This document shows, piece after piece, positions 1 through 9,743 of a stretch of DNA of 64,000 nt. Both the position numbers and the translations under genes were made by a program. The notes beneath the pieces are model-generated. The model did not search any database. It saw only the letters and a program-made list of their open reading frames with translations, and was not told where the DNA came from. The stretch's first letter is position 1. Each line of letters begins with the position of its first letter. The stretch comes from an uncultured Bacilli bacterium. Its GTDB lineage: Bacteria > Bacillota_I > Bacilli_A > RF39 > UBA660. The stretch is taken from the NCBI GenBank assembly GCA_934183165.1, contig CAKPRZ010000005.1, forward strand, positions 9,956 to 73,955, given 5' to 3'.

Positions 1-1
1 A

Positions 2-535
2 GTTTTATCATCAATAAGATTATCTTATTTATTACGTAGTAAAGAATCTTTTGTCCTTCATAAGGAATTATTAACCCTTTTTTTTATAATATATATACTT
101 TGTTTATTTCAAATAGTTACGTTTCAAGATGTTAGTAGTTTTGGTACTAATAACTTTACTCCATTTAAAGAAATATTAAGATATAACTTTGGCAGTAGAT
201 TGTTTGTAAAAAATATAATTGGTAACATGGTCATGTTTATGCCATATGGTTTTTTTGTCTCCTATTATGGTAAAGTTAATAATTGGAAAGCATCTTTTCT
301 TTTAATACTAATAGCGTCTGTGGTTATTGAGTCAACACAACTTGCTATAGGAAGAGTTTTTGATGTTGATGATATTTTACTTAATGTTATTGGGGGAATG
401 ATTGGTTACTTTATATATAAATTATTGGATAAATTGGGTAATATCAATCCTAAACTTTTTAAGAGTAATTTGTTTAAGGACATATTAACTGTATTAATTT
501 TTTTAGGATTTGCAGCTTATATTATTTGGAGGTAA
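2..535 (+). CDS. VanZ-like integral membrane protein, 5' end outside window
   Basis: The frame stays open from the window edge to TAA 533-535. The protein is hydrophobic, and ...[27 protein letters not shown] resembles the VanZ-family signature. Track start 200 is only the first in-window start codon. Confidence 0.6.
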   Translation, partial: VLSSIRLSYLLRSKESFVLHKELLTLFFIIYILCLFQIVTFQDVSSFGTNNFTPFKEILRYNFGSRLFVKNIIGNMVMFMPYGFFVSYYGKVNNWKASFLLILIASVVIESTQLAIGRVFDVDDILLNVIGGMIGYFIYKLLDKLGNINPKLFKSNLFKDILTVLIFLGFAAYIIWR

Positions 536-536
536 T

Positions 537-986
537 ATGGAATTAGAAATTTTTAATGAAACAAGTGAAGATCTGACAATAGAGTTAGATGAATTAAAAG
601 AAATGCTAACGGATTTTTGTAAAAGAGAAAAATTAGATAATGTAGTGTTTAACATAATAATAGTTGATCAAGATACTATTCATAACATCAATAAAGAATA
701 TAGAAACATCGATAGAACAACAGATGTTATTAGTTTTGCTCTAGAAGATGATAAAACGGTAATATCGCCTGATGGTATAAGAATCCTAGGAGATATTTAT
801 ATTTGTCTTGAAAAAGTCAAAAGTCAAGCAATAGAATATAATCATTCTTTTAAAAGAGAACTTAGTTTCTTAGCAGTTCATGGATTATTACATTTATTAG
901 GATATGATCATATGAAAAAAAAAGATGAAATGGTAATGTTTAAAAAGCAAGAGGAGGTATTATCTTATTATGGCATTGAGAGGTAA
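537..986 (+). CDS. ybeY: endoribonuclease YbeY
   Basis: [11 protein letters not shown] zinc motif. GGAGG lies directly upstream of ATG 537, and track start 510 sits upstream of that SD. Confidence 0.9.
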   Translation: MELEIFNETSEDLTIELDELKEMLTDFCKREKLDNVVFNIIIVDQDTIHNINKEYRNIDRTTDVISFALEDDKTVISPDGIRILGDIYICLEKVKSQAIEYNHSFKRELSFLAVHGLLHLLGYDHMKKKDEMVMFKKQEEVLSYYGIER

Positions 987-1371
987 TAAATATAAAGCAA
1001 ATGGGAACAAAAACATTTTAGAAAGTTTCAAGCACGCTTATGATGGAGTTAATTATTCTGTAGTTAAAGAACGTAATATGCATATTCATTTGGTAATGGC
1101 ATCTCTTGTAATTGTTTTTGGTGTATTGTTTGAAATATCACACGCTGAATGGCTAGCTTGTTTTATACTAATTGGTAGTGTTATAGCTCTTGAAATGGTA
1201 AATACTGCAATAGAATTGATTGTTGATATGATAACAACTGAAAATAGTGAAAAAGCAAAAGCTGCTAAAGATGTATCAGCAGGAGCAGTTTTAGTAATGG
1301 CGGTTGTTGCGGCAGCAATAGGTCTTATTATTTTTGTTCCAAAAATCTTTTGGTTTTTAATGAATTTATAG
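970..1371 (+). CDS. dgkA: diacylglycerol/undecaprenol kinase family membrane protein
   Basis: Small 3-TM protein with the E..NTAIE..VD motif ([14 protein letters not shown]). Sits in the conserved ybeY-dgkA-cdd-era order. Confidence 0.85.
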   Translation: MALRGNKYKANGNKNILESFKHAYDGVNYSVVKERNMHIHLVMASLVIVFGVLFEISHAEWLACFILIGSVIALEMVNTAIELIVDMITTENSEKAKAAKDVSAGAVLVMAVVAAAIGLIIFVPKIFWFLMNL

Positions 1372-1379
1372 GAGGAAAC

Positions 1380-1766
1380 ATGAAAGAAAAATTAATCAAA
1401 TTATTAGAAAATAGTTATTCACCATATTCAAAATTCAGAGTTAGTGCGATTGTAGTTACAAAAGATAAAAAAGAATTTGTTGGTGTTAATGTTGAAAATG
1501 CGGCTTATGGATCTTCCATTTGTGCAGAACGTAGTGCCATATTACAAGCAATAAGCCAAGGATATAAAAGAGGTGAATTAGAAAGCCTTTATGTTATGTG
1601 TGATAATAAAAAAATTGGTATGCCATGCTTTGCTTGTAGACAAGTTATTTCGGAACTTTTTAGTGAAGATGCAATTATTACATGTATGAATCCTGATGGT
1701 TATGAATTAAAACTTCAGGTTAAAGATCTTTGTCCATATCCATTTGGTAGTGAGGACTTAAAATGA
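1380..1766 (+). CDS. cdd: cytidine deaminase
   Basis: CAERSA and PCFACRQ zinc-ligand motifs. AGGAGG SD before ATG 1380. The stop overlaps the era start (ATGA). Confidence 0.9.
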   Translation: MKEKLIKLLENSYSPYSKFRVSAIVVTKDKKEFVGVNVENAAYGSSICAERSAILQAISQGYKRGELESLYVMCDNKKIGMPCFACRQVISELFSEDAIITCMNPDGYELKLQVKDLCPYPFGSEDLK

Positions 1767-2653
1767 AAAGTGGTTTTGTTAGTCTAGTAGGAAGGCCAAA
1801 TGTAGGAAAAAGTACACTTCTTAATAATATATTAGGAATGAAGATTGCTATTACATCTAATGTTGCGGGTACTACTAGAAATATTATTCAAGGAATATAT
1901 AATGATGATGATAGTCAAATAATATTTATAGATACTCCTGGAATTCATAAACCTAAAGATAAATTAGGCACTTATTTAAATAGAAAAGCATATACTATGG
2001 CCGATGATGTTGACATTATTTTATTTTTGGTAGATGTTGAAAAAGGCTTTGGTACAGGTGATAAATTCATATTGGAAAGATTGAAAGAACTTAACAAGCC
2101 AGTGTTCTTACTACTAAATAAAGTGGATAGAGTTTCAAAAGATGAATTGTTACCTATTATAAATGAATATAAAGGTTTATATGATTTTAGTGAAATAATA
2201 CCATTATCAGCTTTAAAAGGGGATAACGTTAAAGATTTAATAAATACGTTAAAAAAATATTTATCTAGTGATATTAAATATTATGAAAATGATGCTATAA
2301 CTAATGTTAGTCGTAATTTTATAATTGCTGAAATGGTAAGAGAAAAGCTTCTTAATTTAACTAAAAAGGAAGTTCCTCATTCCATTACGTGTTTAGTAGA
2401 GAAATATGAAGAAGAAGAAAATGTAATTAATATAAATGTTTTAATTATTATTGATCGTGATAATTTAAAGAAAATTATTATTGGTAAAAATGGTGCTATG
2501 CTAAAAGAAGTAGGTAGACAATCAAGAATTGATATAGAAAAATTTCTTGGTAAAAAAGTGTATTTAGAAACATATGTTAAGTCAGTAAAAGATTGGCGTG
2601 ATAAAGAAAAATATTTACAAGAATTTGGCCTTGATGAATTAGAATTTGATTAA
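1763..2653 (+). CDS. era: GTPase Era
   Basis: G1 GRPNVGKST, G3 DTPG, G4 NKVD, and a C-terminal KH-like region. Confidence 0.95.
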   Translation: MKSGFVSLVGRPNVGKSTLLNNILGMKIAITSNVAGTTRNIIQGIYNDDDSQIIFIDTPGIHKPKDKLGTYLNRKAYTMADDVDIILFLVDVEKGFGTGDKFILERLKELNKPVFLLLNKVDRVSKDELLPIINEYKGLYDFSEIIPLSALKGDNVKDLINTLKKYLSSDIKYYENDAITNVSRNFIIAEMVREKLLNLTKKEVPHSITCLVEKYEEEENVININVLIIIDRDNLKKIIIGKNGAMLKEVGRQSRIDIEKFLGKKVYLETYVKSVKDWRDKEKYLQEFGLDELEFD

Positions 2654-2691
2654 ATTATTAAAATAATCATCATAATAATAATGGTGATTGA

Positions 2692-2814
2692 ATGAAAAAA
2701 TTAGTTTGGGAAATTTTTAAAAAAACTGGTGATATTAAATATTATTTATTAGCTAAATGCCTTGAGGATGAAGAAAATGAAAACAAAAAAATTAGAGGGA
2801 ATAGTAATAAGTGA
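2692..2814 (+). CDS. yqzL: YqzL-like small protein (40 aa), not in ORF track
   Basis: Hand translation gives MKKLVWEIFKKTGDIKYYLLAKCLEDEENENKKIRGNSNK. The W..F..TG.I..YLL.K pattern and the position between era and recO match Bacillus yqzL. Its 3' end overlaps the recO start in another frame. Confidence 0.55.
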   Translation: MKKLVWEIFKKTGDIKYYLLAKCLEDEENENKKIRGNSNK

Positions 2815-3511
2815 AACTAATTATAGTGAATCAAGTAAGATATTAAATATATATACTAAAGAATTGGGAATTGTTAGTGTTATTTCAAAAGGCTGCAGGA
2901 GGCTTAAAAGCCCATTAAGAAGTGTCAGTAGTAGACTTATATATGGGAATTTTATAGTTAGCTATAAAGAAGGGGGCTTATCTACACTAATCAATGTGGA
3001 TATATTATGTAATTTCAGTACAATTTTTAAGGATATAGAAAAGATTAGTTTTGCAACATACATATTAGAATTAACAAGTCAAGTTGCTAAACAAAATAAT
3101 AGTGTGGAAATATTTGATACATTAATTGAAAGTCTAAAAAAGATAAATGAAGGAATTGATGCTCAAATTATTACACTTATTGTTGAACTGCAATATTTAA
3201 AATATTTGGGTATAGATGTAGACTTTGATGAATGTAGTATTTGTGGTAATAAAGATGATATTGTAACATTTAATGTAGATAAACATGGATATGTTTGTAA
3301 AAATTGCTATTCCAATGAAAAAATTGTTAGCCAAAAATCTGTAAAAGTAATACGACTTTTATACTATGTAGATATTTCTCGTCTTACAAAATTAGATTTA
3401 TCATCTACTACTATAAATGAAATAAGTTCCTTTTTAGAAGAATATTATGATAAATATAGTGGACTTTTTCTAAAAAGTAAAAAGTTTATAAAATTAATTA
3501 ATAATAAATAA
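2777..3511 (+). CDS. recO: DNA repair protein RecO
   Basis: N-terminal OB-like region plus a CSICG...CKNC zinc finger. GAGGA lies 8 nt before ATG 2777. The alternative starts 2762 and 2768 cannot be excluded. Confidence 0.85.
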   Translation: MKTKKLEGIVISETNYSESSKILNIYTKELGIVSVISKGCRRLKSPLRSVSSRLIYGNFIVSYKEGGLSTLINVDILCNFSTIFKDIEKISFATYILELTSQVAKQNNSVEIFDTLIESLKKINEGIDAQIITLIVELQYLKYLGIDVDFDECSICGNKDDIVTFNVDKHGYVCKNCYSNEKIVSQKSVKVIRLLYYVDISRLTKLDLSSTTINEISSFLEEYYDKYSGLFLKSKKFIKLINNK

Positions 3512-3524
3512 TAATGGAGACTTT

Positions 3525-3992
3525 ATGAAAGATGTAATTGAATTATTAAAACAAAAAAATAAAACTATTGCGACAATGGAATCATGTACTGGTGGTGGTA
3601 TTGCTAATGCTATTACTAACTGCGATGGTTCTAGTGAAGTATTTTCGTTTTCAGCTGTTACTTATTCAAATGAGTATAAAATTAAAATGGGTGTTGATGA
3701 AAAGATAATTGAAAAATACAGCGTCTATAGTATGGAAACCGCTAAAGAAATGGCATATAAAATATCTTGCTTTGCTAAAACAAATTATGGTATTGGTGTT
3801 ACAGGAAAATTTAATAAGATTGATAATAATAACTTACAGGGAGATAACAACAAAGTTTATGTAAGTATTTATGATAAAGATTATAAAAAATACTATAATA
3901 AAGAAATAATAGTAGCTTTAAATACAAGAAGCGCTTTAAAAGAACAAATTATTGAAATTGTTATAAACGAATTGATTTCTATCATTAAATAA
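3525..3992 (+). CDS. pncC: CinA C-terminal domain / nicotinamide-nucleotide amidohydrolase PncC-like
   Basis: TMESCTGGGIANAIT and VTYSNEYK motifs typical of the CinA_C family. Confidence 0.75.
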   Translation: MKDVIELLKQKNKTIATMESCTGGGIANAITNCDGSSEVFSFSAVTYSNEYKIKMGVDEKIIEKYSVYSMETAKEMAYKISCFAKTNYGIGVTGKFNKIDNNNLQGDNNKVYVSIYDKDYKKYYNKEIIVALNTRSALKEQIIEIVINELISIIK

Positions 3993-4101
3993 TTAGATGT
4001 CAAAAGTGATTAAATATCACTTTTTTTAATATACTAATATGGGAATTCTATATGCAAAACACCTTTTTTGATGTATAATTTATTATAATGGAGTTGATAT
4101 A

Positions 4102-5547
4102 ATGCGAAAGAAACTAAATCAAATTATTGATTGTGATTACGATATTGAAATAAAAGGGATTAAAATTAATTCAAAAGAAATTCAAGAAGGAGATTTATTT
4201 GTTTGTACAACAGGTGTAAATGCTGATAGGCATAATTTCATTCAGGACGCTATTTCTAAAGGAGCAGTTGCGGCTATTGTAAGTCGTGATGTTGAATGCT
4301 CTATACCAACTGTAAAAGTTACAGATACAAATAAGATATTACCTGTATTATGTTCTGAATTTTATGATCATCCTGAAAACAAGTTAAAAATTATCGGAAT
4401 AACAGGTACAGATGGAAAGACTAGTACTGCGACTATTATTCAAATATTAATTGGAAATAATATATGTGGATATATTGGTACAAATGGCAGAAGTTGTTCA
4501 AAGTTTAATTATGAAATAAGTAATACCACTCCAGATAGTGATAAATTATATGAATATTTTTATGATTTTGTTGAGGCAGGATGCAAATATGTTATTATGG
4601 AAGCATCTAGCGAAGCCTTTTTTAGACATAGACTGGATAATATTAACTTCGATGGAGGAGTTATAACTAATATTACTAGAGAACACTTAAATATCCATAA
4701 AACTTTTGATAACTATGTGGAATGTAAATCAACATTATTTAAACAGGTAACAAATCAAGGCTTTTCAATTTTAAATAGTGATGATGAATTATATGAAAGA
4801 ATAAAATCATCGTGTCATGGTAAGGTTTTAACTTATGGCAAAGGTAATGACAATACTCTTTCAATAAAGAAGTATAATATTTTACCAACAAGCACTAGTA
4901 TAGAGTTTTTACTTGATGGTATTACTTATAATATTGATAGTCCTCTACTAGGTGAATTTAATGTTTATAATTTATCTGCTGGAATATTAACTGCTTATGC
5001 AATGGGATTTGATATTAATAAAATACTTAAAAATGTTTATGATATAAAAGTTTCGGGAAGGCTTGATGTATTACCTAATTTAGGACAAGATTTTACTGTT
5101 ATGGTTGACTATGCTCATACACCAAATGGAATTTTCAATTTACTTAAATTTGTTCATACCCTTAACATAAATAGAAGTATAGTTGTTATTGGGTCTGCTG
5201 GTGAACGTGATGCATCAAAAAGACCTATAATGGGTAAATGTGTTGTAGATAATGCAAGTTATGCTATATTTACCTATGAGGATCCAAGGAGTGAAGATCC
5301 TCTAGATATCATTGGAATGCTTACTAGTGACATTAAAGACTATAATAATTATGAAGTTGTTGTTGATAGGAGTTTGGCTATAAAAAAGGCTATTTATATG
5401 GCAAAACCAAATGATATGGTTTTAATATTAGGAAAAGGCAATGAAACATATCAAAAATTAAAAGATAAAACTATTTATTTTAATGATATAGAAGAAGCAA
5501 CTAAATATTTAAAAGAACGTTTAGAAAAAGAAAAAGTCAAATTATAA
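4102..5547 (+). CDS. murE: UDP-N-acetylmuramoyl-L-alanyl-D-glutamate ligase MurE (third-residue adding enzyme)
   Basis: Mur ligase P-loop GITGTDGKTST, the DYAHTP motif, and a C-terminal EDPR motif. Confidence 0.9.
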   Translation: MRKKLNQIIDCDYDIEIKGIKINSKEIQEGDLFVCTTGVNADRHNFIQDAISKGAVAAIVSRDVECSIPTVKVTDTNKILPVLCSEFYDHPENKLKIIGITGTDGKTSTATIIQILIGNNICGYIGTNGRSCSKFNYEISNTTPDSDKLYEYFYDFVEAGCKYVIMEASSEAFFRHRLDNINFDGGVITNITREHLNIHKTFDNYVECKSTLFKQVTNQGFSILNSDDELYERIKSSCHGKVLTYGKGNDNTLSIKKYNILPTSTSIEFLLDGITYNIDSPLLGEFNVYNLSAGILTAYAMGFDINKILKNVYDIKVSGRLDVLPNLGQDFTVMVDYAHTPNGIFNLLKFVHTLNINRSIVVIGSAGERDASKRPIMGKCVVDNASYAIFTYEDPRSEDPLDIIGMLTSDIKDYNNYEVVVDRSLAIKKAIYMAKPNDMVLILGKGNETYQKLKDKTIYFNDIEEATKYLKERLEKEKVKL

Positions 5548-5603
5548 ATGACTTTCTTTTGTAGTAGCATATAATATGATATAATAAACTAGGATGTGAT
5601 TAG

Positions 5604-6689
5604 ATGAAAGTAGTTGTTAGTGCTGGTGGAACTGGTGGTCATATTTTCCCAGCTTTAGCGGTTATTAATAAGATAAAGGAAAAAGAACCAAATAGTAAGA
5701 TTTTATATATTGGTACTACTGATAGAATGGAAGCTGATATCATTCCTAAATTAGGTATTGACTATGTAGGGATTGAAATGAAGGGTTTAAATAGACGCAA
5801 CCCTTTTAAAAACGTAAGTGTTATAAACTCTCTTTTAAAAGCAATAAAAAAATGCAGAAAAACAATTAAGGACTTTAATCCTGATATTGTATTAGGGATA
5901 GGTGGATATATTACTTTCCCTGTTATTGTTGCTGCTAAAAAGGAAGGGTATAAAACTTTTATTCATGAACAAAATTCAATTCCGGGGTTGTCAAATAAAA
6001 TATTAAAAAATAAAGTGGATGCTATTGGTGTATCATTAGAGGAAAGTATTAAGTATTTTCCGACTGCTAAAACAATTTTTACCGGTAATCCAAGAAGTGA
6101 AGAGGTAATAAATGCTAAACCTGTTTCAAAGAGTAAATATGGTCTTTCCAATAGTAAAAAATTAGTTCTTATTGTCATGGGAAGTTTAGGAAGCTTGACG
6201 ATTAATAATATTATGAGGGAAATTTTGCCTAAATTTAAAGGTAAAAATTATGAAGTTTTATTTGTTACAGGTAAGAATTATTATGAAAACTATAAAAAAA
6301 TAAAAAATTTACCTGAAAATGTCAAAATAGTAGAATTTTTAAATGATATGCTAGGTCTTATGAAAAATGTTGATTTAATTGTTTCAAGAGCAGGGGCTTC
6401 AACTATAGCTGAAATAACTGCTGTTGAATTGCCTAGTATATTAATTCCTTCACCATATGTTACTCATAATCATCAATATCATAATGCATTGGTACTTGCT
6501 AATAAAGGAGCATCTGTTTTGATTGAAGAAAAAGACTTAAATGCAAATAATTTAATAAATAATATAGATGAAATATTAAATAATAGTAAAAAATATGATA
6601 AAATGAAAAAAGCTAACGGTGAATTGGCAATAAAAGATAGTGCTACAAAAATATATGAAATAATTAAGAAAATAACAAATGGTGATTAA
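5604..6689 (+). CDS. murG: undecaprenyl-PP-MurNAc-pentapeptide GlcNAc transferase MurG
   Basis: N-terminal GGTGGHIFPALA and GT28 architecture. Confidence 0.95.
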   Translation: MKVVVSAGGTGGHIFPALAVINKIKEKEPNSKILYIGTTDRMEADIIPKLGIDYVGIEMKGLNRRNPFKNVSVINSLLKAIKKCRKTIKDFNPDIVLGIGGYITFPVIVAAKKEGYKTFIHEQNSIPGLSNKILKNKVDAIGVSLEESIKYFPTAKTIFTGNPRSEEVINAKPVSKSKYGLSNSKKLVLIVMGSLGSLTINNIMREILPKFKGKNYEVLFVTGKNYYENYKKIKNLPENVKIVEFLNDMLGLMKNVDLIVSRAGASTIAEITAVELPSILIPSPYVTHNHQYHNALVLANKGASVLIEEKDLNANNLINNIDEILNNSKKYDKMKKANGELAIKDSATKIYEIIKKITNGD

Positions 6690-6691
6690 AA

Positions 6692-7597
6692 ATGGAAAAT
6701 CTTATAGAATTTATAAAAGCAAAAGAAATTGGTAAATATCTAACGGATGTTAGTATTGCTAAATATACTAGCTATAAAGTTGGGGGAATTGTTAAATGTA
6801 TTGTATATCCTAATGATGTTAAAAAATTAATATGTCTATTAAAATATATCAGAGCAAATAATATTAAATATAAGATTCTTGGAAATGGTTCTAATACTTT
6901 ATTTAGTAGTAAAGAGTACGATGGTGTAATAATAAAACTAGATGCATTAAATAACATTGAATTTATTGATAATAAGATAGTTGTTGGAGCTGGATACAGT
7001 TTAATTAAACTTTGTATTCAAGCAGCCAGAAAAAGCTTGGCAGGATTAGAATTTGCTTCTGGAATACCTGGTACTGTAGGTGGAGCTGTTTACATGAATG
7101 CTGGTGCATATAAGAGTGATATGGGTTATGTTGTTCAAAAAGTAAAAGTGTTAACACCAGAATTTAAGGTTATTACTATGACTAATAAAGAACTTAAATT
7201 TCATTACCGTGACTCATTTTTTATGCATCATAGAGATTATATTTGTTTAGAAGTAACATTAAAGCTTGTTCGTGGCTCTAAAGCTGATATTATGGCAGTT
7301 AATGAAGAAAGAAGAAAAAGAAGACAAGAATCACAACCCCTTGAGTATCCTTCAGCAGGTAGTGTATTTCGTAATCCAGAAGGAATGTTTGCTGGTAAAT
7401 TAATAGAAGATATAGGACTTAAAGGACTAACTAAGGGTGGTGCTCAAATCAGTAATAAACATGCTAATTTTATTATAAATTTAGGAAATGCCAAGGCTGA
7501 AGATATAAAAGGACTTATTGATTTTGTTAAAGATACTGTTTTAGAAAAGTATGGGGTAAATTTAAAGGTTGAACAAGAATTTGTAAATTGGGAGTAG
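6692..7597 (+). CDS. murB: UDP-N-acetylenolpyruvoylglucosamine reductase MurB
   Basis: FAD-binding N-domain (GNGSNTL) and the AGSVFRNP motif. Confidence 0.95.
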   Translation: MENLIEFIKAKEIGKYLTDVSIAKYTSYKVGGIVKCIVYPNDVKKLICLLKYIRANNIKYKILGNGSNTLFSSKEYDGVIIKLDALNNIEFIDNKIVVGAGYSLIKLCIQAARKSLAGLEFASGIPGTVGGAVYMNAGAYKSDMGYVVQKVKVLTPEFKVITMTNKELKFHYRDSFFMHHRDYICLEVTLKLVRGSKADIMAVNEERRKRRQESQPLEYPSAGSVFRNPEGMFAGKLIEDIGLKGLTKGGAQISNKHANFIINLGNAKAEDIKGLIDFVKDTVLEKYGVNLKVEQEFVNWE

Positions 7598-7602
7598 ATC
7601 AT

Positions 7603-8271
7603 ATGCCAAAAAAAGTAAAAAAGAAAATTAGATTTAAACTTATACCAATTTTTGTTTTTTTACTAAGTTTAGTTATTTTGTATTTTGCTATTACTTATAT
7701 TAGCGATACTAAAATAAGAAATATATATGTATATAATAATAATATATTAAGCGATCAGGAAATTATTGATTTGGCAGGAATAAGTGATTATCCATCATTT
7801 TACAAAACTTTATCAAAAAGTATTAAGAATAATATTAAAAAGAATCCAATAGTAAAAGATGTTAAGGTTAAGAAAAGATTATTTAATGTTTTAAAAATCT
7901 ATATTGAAGAAGAAACTCCAGTATTTATACAAGATAATATGATTGTTCTTTCTTCTGGGGCTAAAGTTGACCTTTTTGCTTGTAAGATACCAATCTTAAG
8001 TGGGTTAAACGAAGGCGACATATATAAAAATTTAATTTTATCTTTAAGCAAAATTAACAAAAAAGCACTTAGACAAATGTCACAAATAATATATTCTCCA
8101 AGTGAATATGATAAAACTAGATTTTTAATATATATGGATGATGGAAACCACGTATATATAAATATAAATAAATTAGAAAATATTAATTATTACGATGAAA
8201 TATATCCAACGTTAAACGGTAAAAAAGGGACTCTTTATTTAGACTCTGGTAATCATTTTGAAGCATTTTAA
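7603..8271 (+). CDS. divIB: cell division protein DivIB/FtsQ-like (TM + POTRA)
   Basis: Basic N-terminus, a single TM and a POTRA-like IRNIYVYNNNILSDQEIIDLAGI segment. Follows the mur genes. GGGAG SD before ATG 7603. Confidence 0.65.
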   Translation: MPKKVKKKIRFKLIPIFVFLLSLVILYFAITYISDTKIRNIYVYNNNILSDQEIIDLAGISDYPSFYKTLSKSIKNNIKKNPIVKDVKVKKRLFNVLKIYIEEETPVFIQDNMIVLSSGAKVDLFACKIPILSGLNEGDIYKNLILSLSKINKKALRQMSQIIYSPSEYDKTRFLIYMDDGNHVYININKLENINYYDEIYPTLNGKKGTLYLDSGNHFEAF

Positions 8272-8299
8272 AAGGAAAATGAACTATCATTTTCCTTTT
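8271..8299. terminator. bidirectional intrinsic terminator
   Basis: 12-bp stem AAAGGAAAATGA-acta-TCATTTTCCTTT between convergent divIB and the Y-rich gene. Confidence 0.75.
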
Positions 8300-8303
8300 A
8301 CTT

Positions 8304-8558
8304 TTAATAATAATACGGATAGTAATAATTATTAGTATATACTGGCATAGGTTGATATGGTGGCATATAGTTATAATTATTTGGTCTATTATAACCGATA
8401 GCATATCCTGCAACTCCACCTAAAAATAATGGTGCAAGTAATCCGCCACCTATAAATCTGTCTCCATTTGGACTTGTTTGATATCCTTTGTTTTGGTAAA
8501 CTCCATTTTGATAATACATATTTTGATTATATTTCGGTATACTATTATAAGAATACAT
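8304..8558 (-). CDS. Tyr/Asn/Pro-rich small protein with central glycine-zipper hydrophobic segment
   Basis: Strong SD (GGGAGG, 9 nt spacing) and a bidirectional terminator downstream. 84 aa with low-complexity Y/N/Q/P-rich arms around GGGLLAPLFLGGVAGYAIGY. Confidence 0.6.
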   Translation of the reverse strand: MYSYNSIPKYNQNMYYQNGVYQNKGYQTSPNGDRFIGGGLLAPLFLGGVAGYAIGYNRPNNYNYMPPYQPMPVYTNNYYYPYYY

Positions 8559-8617
8559 AAAAAATTCCTCCCTAGAATATTTTATGTATAACCTATGTAA
8601 TGGTGAAAGGAGATATA

Positions 8618-9730
8618 ATGGATTGCGAAGAATTACTAGCTAAAAACATAGTAAACTATAGTTTGAAAATAGCTAAAAACGATAGAGTATTGATAACTTA
8701 TCAAAGTACAAAAGCACATAAATTAATTAAATTTTTAATAAAATATATCAATAAAGCTTCTGGAGTATGTTTTATAAATTATGAAGATATAGAGCTAGGT
8801 GCATATTTAAAAGAAGAAAGTACTAATGATAGAATTAATATTATAAAGAAATATAAGGAATTTGAACTAAATAATTTTGATGTGTTCATAAATATTAAAT
8901 ATAACTTAAATGATTATGAAAGCAAAAATATTGATCCTAAAATAACAAAAAAGATTTTAGAAGAAACTTATGATACACATAATAAGGTTGTAAATGAAAG
9001 AAAATGGTTATTATTAAATTATCCATCAATAATAGACGCTTACAAGGCGAAAATGAGAATCGATGATTTTTATAAGTATTCGTTTGATGTTATGAACATA
9101 AATTATGAAGAAATGTTAAATAGGATTAAACCATTAAAGAATTTAATGGAAAAAACAGATAAAGTTAGAATTGTAGCAAAGGACACAGATATTACTTTTT
9201 CTATTAAAAATATGAAAGCAATTCCTTGTGTAGGTAACTATAATATTCCGGATGGAGAAATATACACAGCACCAGTTAAAGATAGTGTTAATGGAGTAAT
9301 AACATATAATACACCTAGTACTTATAGATCTGAAGTGTTTACTAAAGTTAAATTAAAATTTAAAAATGGTAAAATAATTGATGCTAGTTGTGGGACGGGA
9401 AATATAGAAAAATTATTAGAAATTTTTCAAACTGATGAAGGAGCAAGATATATTGGTGAATTTTCTTTTGGATTAAATCCTAAAATAATGTATCCTATGG
9501 GTGATATTCTATATGATGAAAAGATAATTGGCAGTATTCATTTTACACCAGGCGCAGCATATAAAGATTGTTATAATGGAAATGATTCAAATGTTCATTG
9601 GGATTTGGTACTAATTCAAAGAGAAGAATTTGGGGGAGGAGAAATATACTTTGATGATAAATTAATAAGGAAAAATGGTATTTTTATTTTAGATGAATTA
9701 AAGCCATTAAATTATGATATAGAAAAATAA
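8618..9730 (+). CDS. M29-family aminopeptidase (AmpS/PepS-like)
   Basis: DGEIYTAP and HWDLV motifs. AGGAG SD before ATG 8618. Confidence 0.75.
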   Translation: MDCEELLAKNIVNYSLKIAKNDRVLITYQSTKAHKLIKFLIKYINKASGVCFINYEDIELGAYLKEESTNDRINIIKKYKEFELNNFDVFINIKYNLNDYESKNIDPKITKKILEETYDTHNKVVNERKWLLLNYPSIIDAYKAKMRIDDFYKYSFDVMNINYEEMLNRIKPLKNLMEKTDKVRIVAKDTDITFSIKNMKAIPCVGNYNIPDGEIYTAPVKDSVNGVITYNTPSTYRSEVFTKVKLKFKNGKIIDASCGTGNIEKLLEIFQTDEGARYIGEFSFGLNPKIMYPMGDILYDEKIIGSIHFTPGAAYKDCYNGNDSNVHWDLVLIQREEFGGGEIYFDDKLIRKNGIFILDELKPLNYDIEK

Positions 9731-9743
9731 GAGAAATTTTCTC

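Noticed and set aside
4102-5547. Calling MurE substrate specificity (meso-DAP vs L-Lys) from the EDPR motif
   Set aside because: The Arg of the DNPR-like motif hints at DAP, but the motif is non-canonical (EDPR). I cannot align it reliably without tools, so I have left it unspecified.
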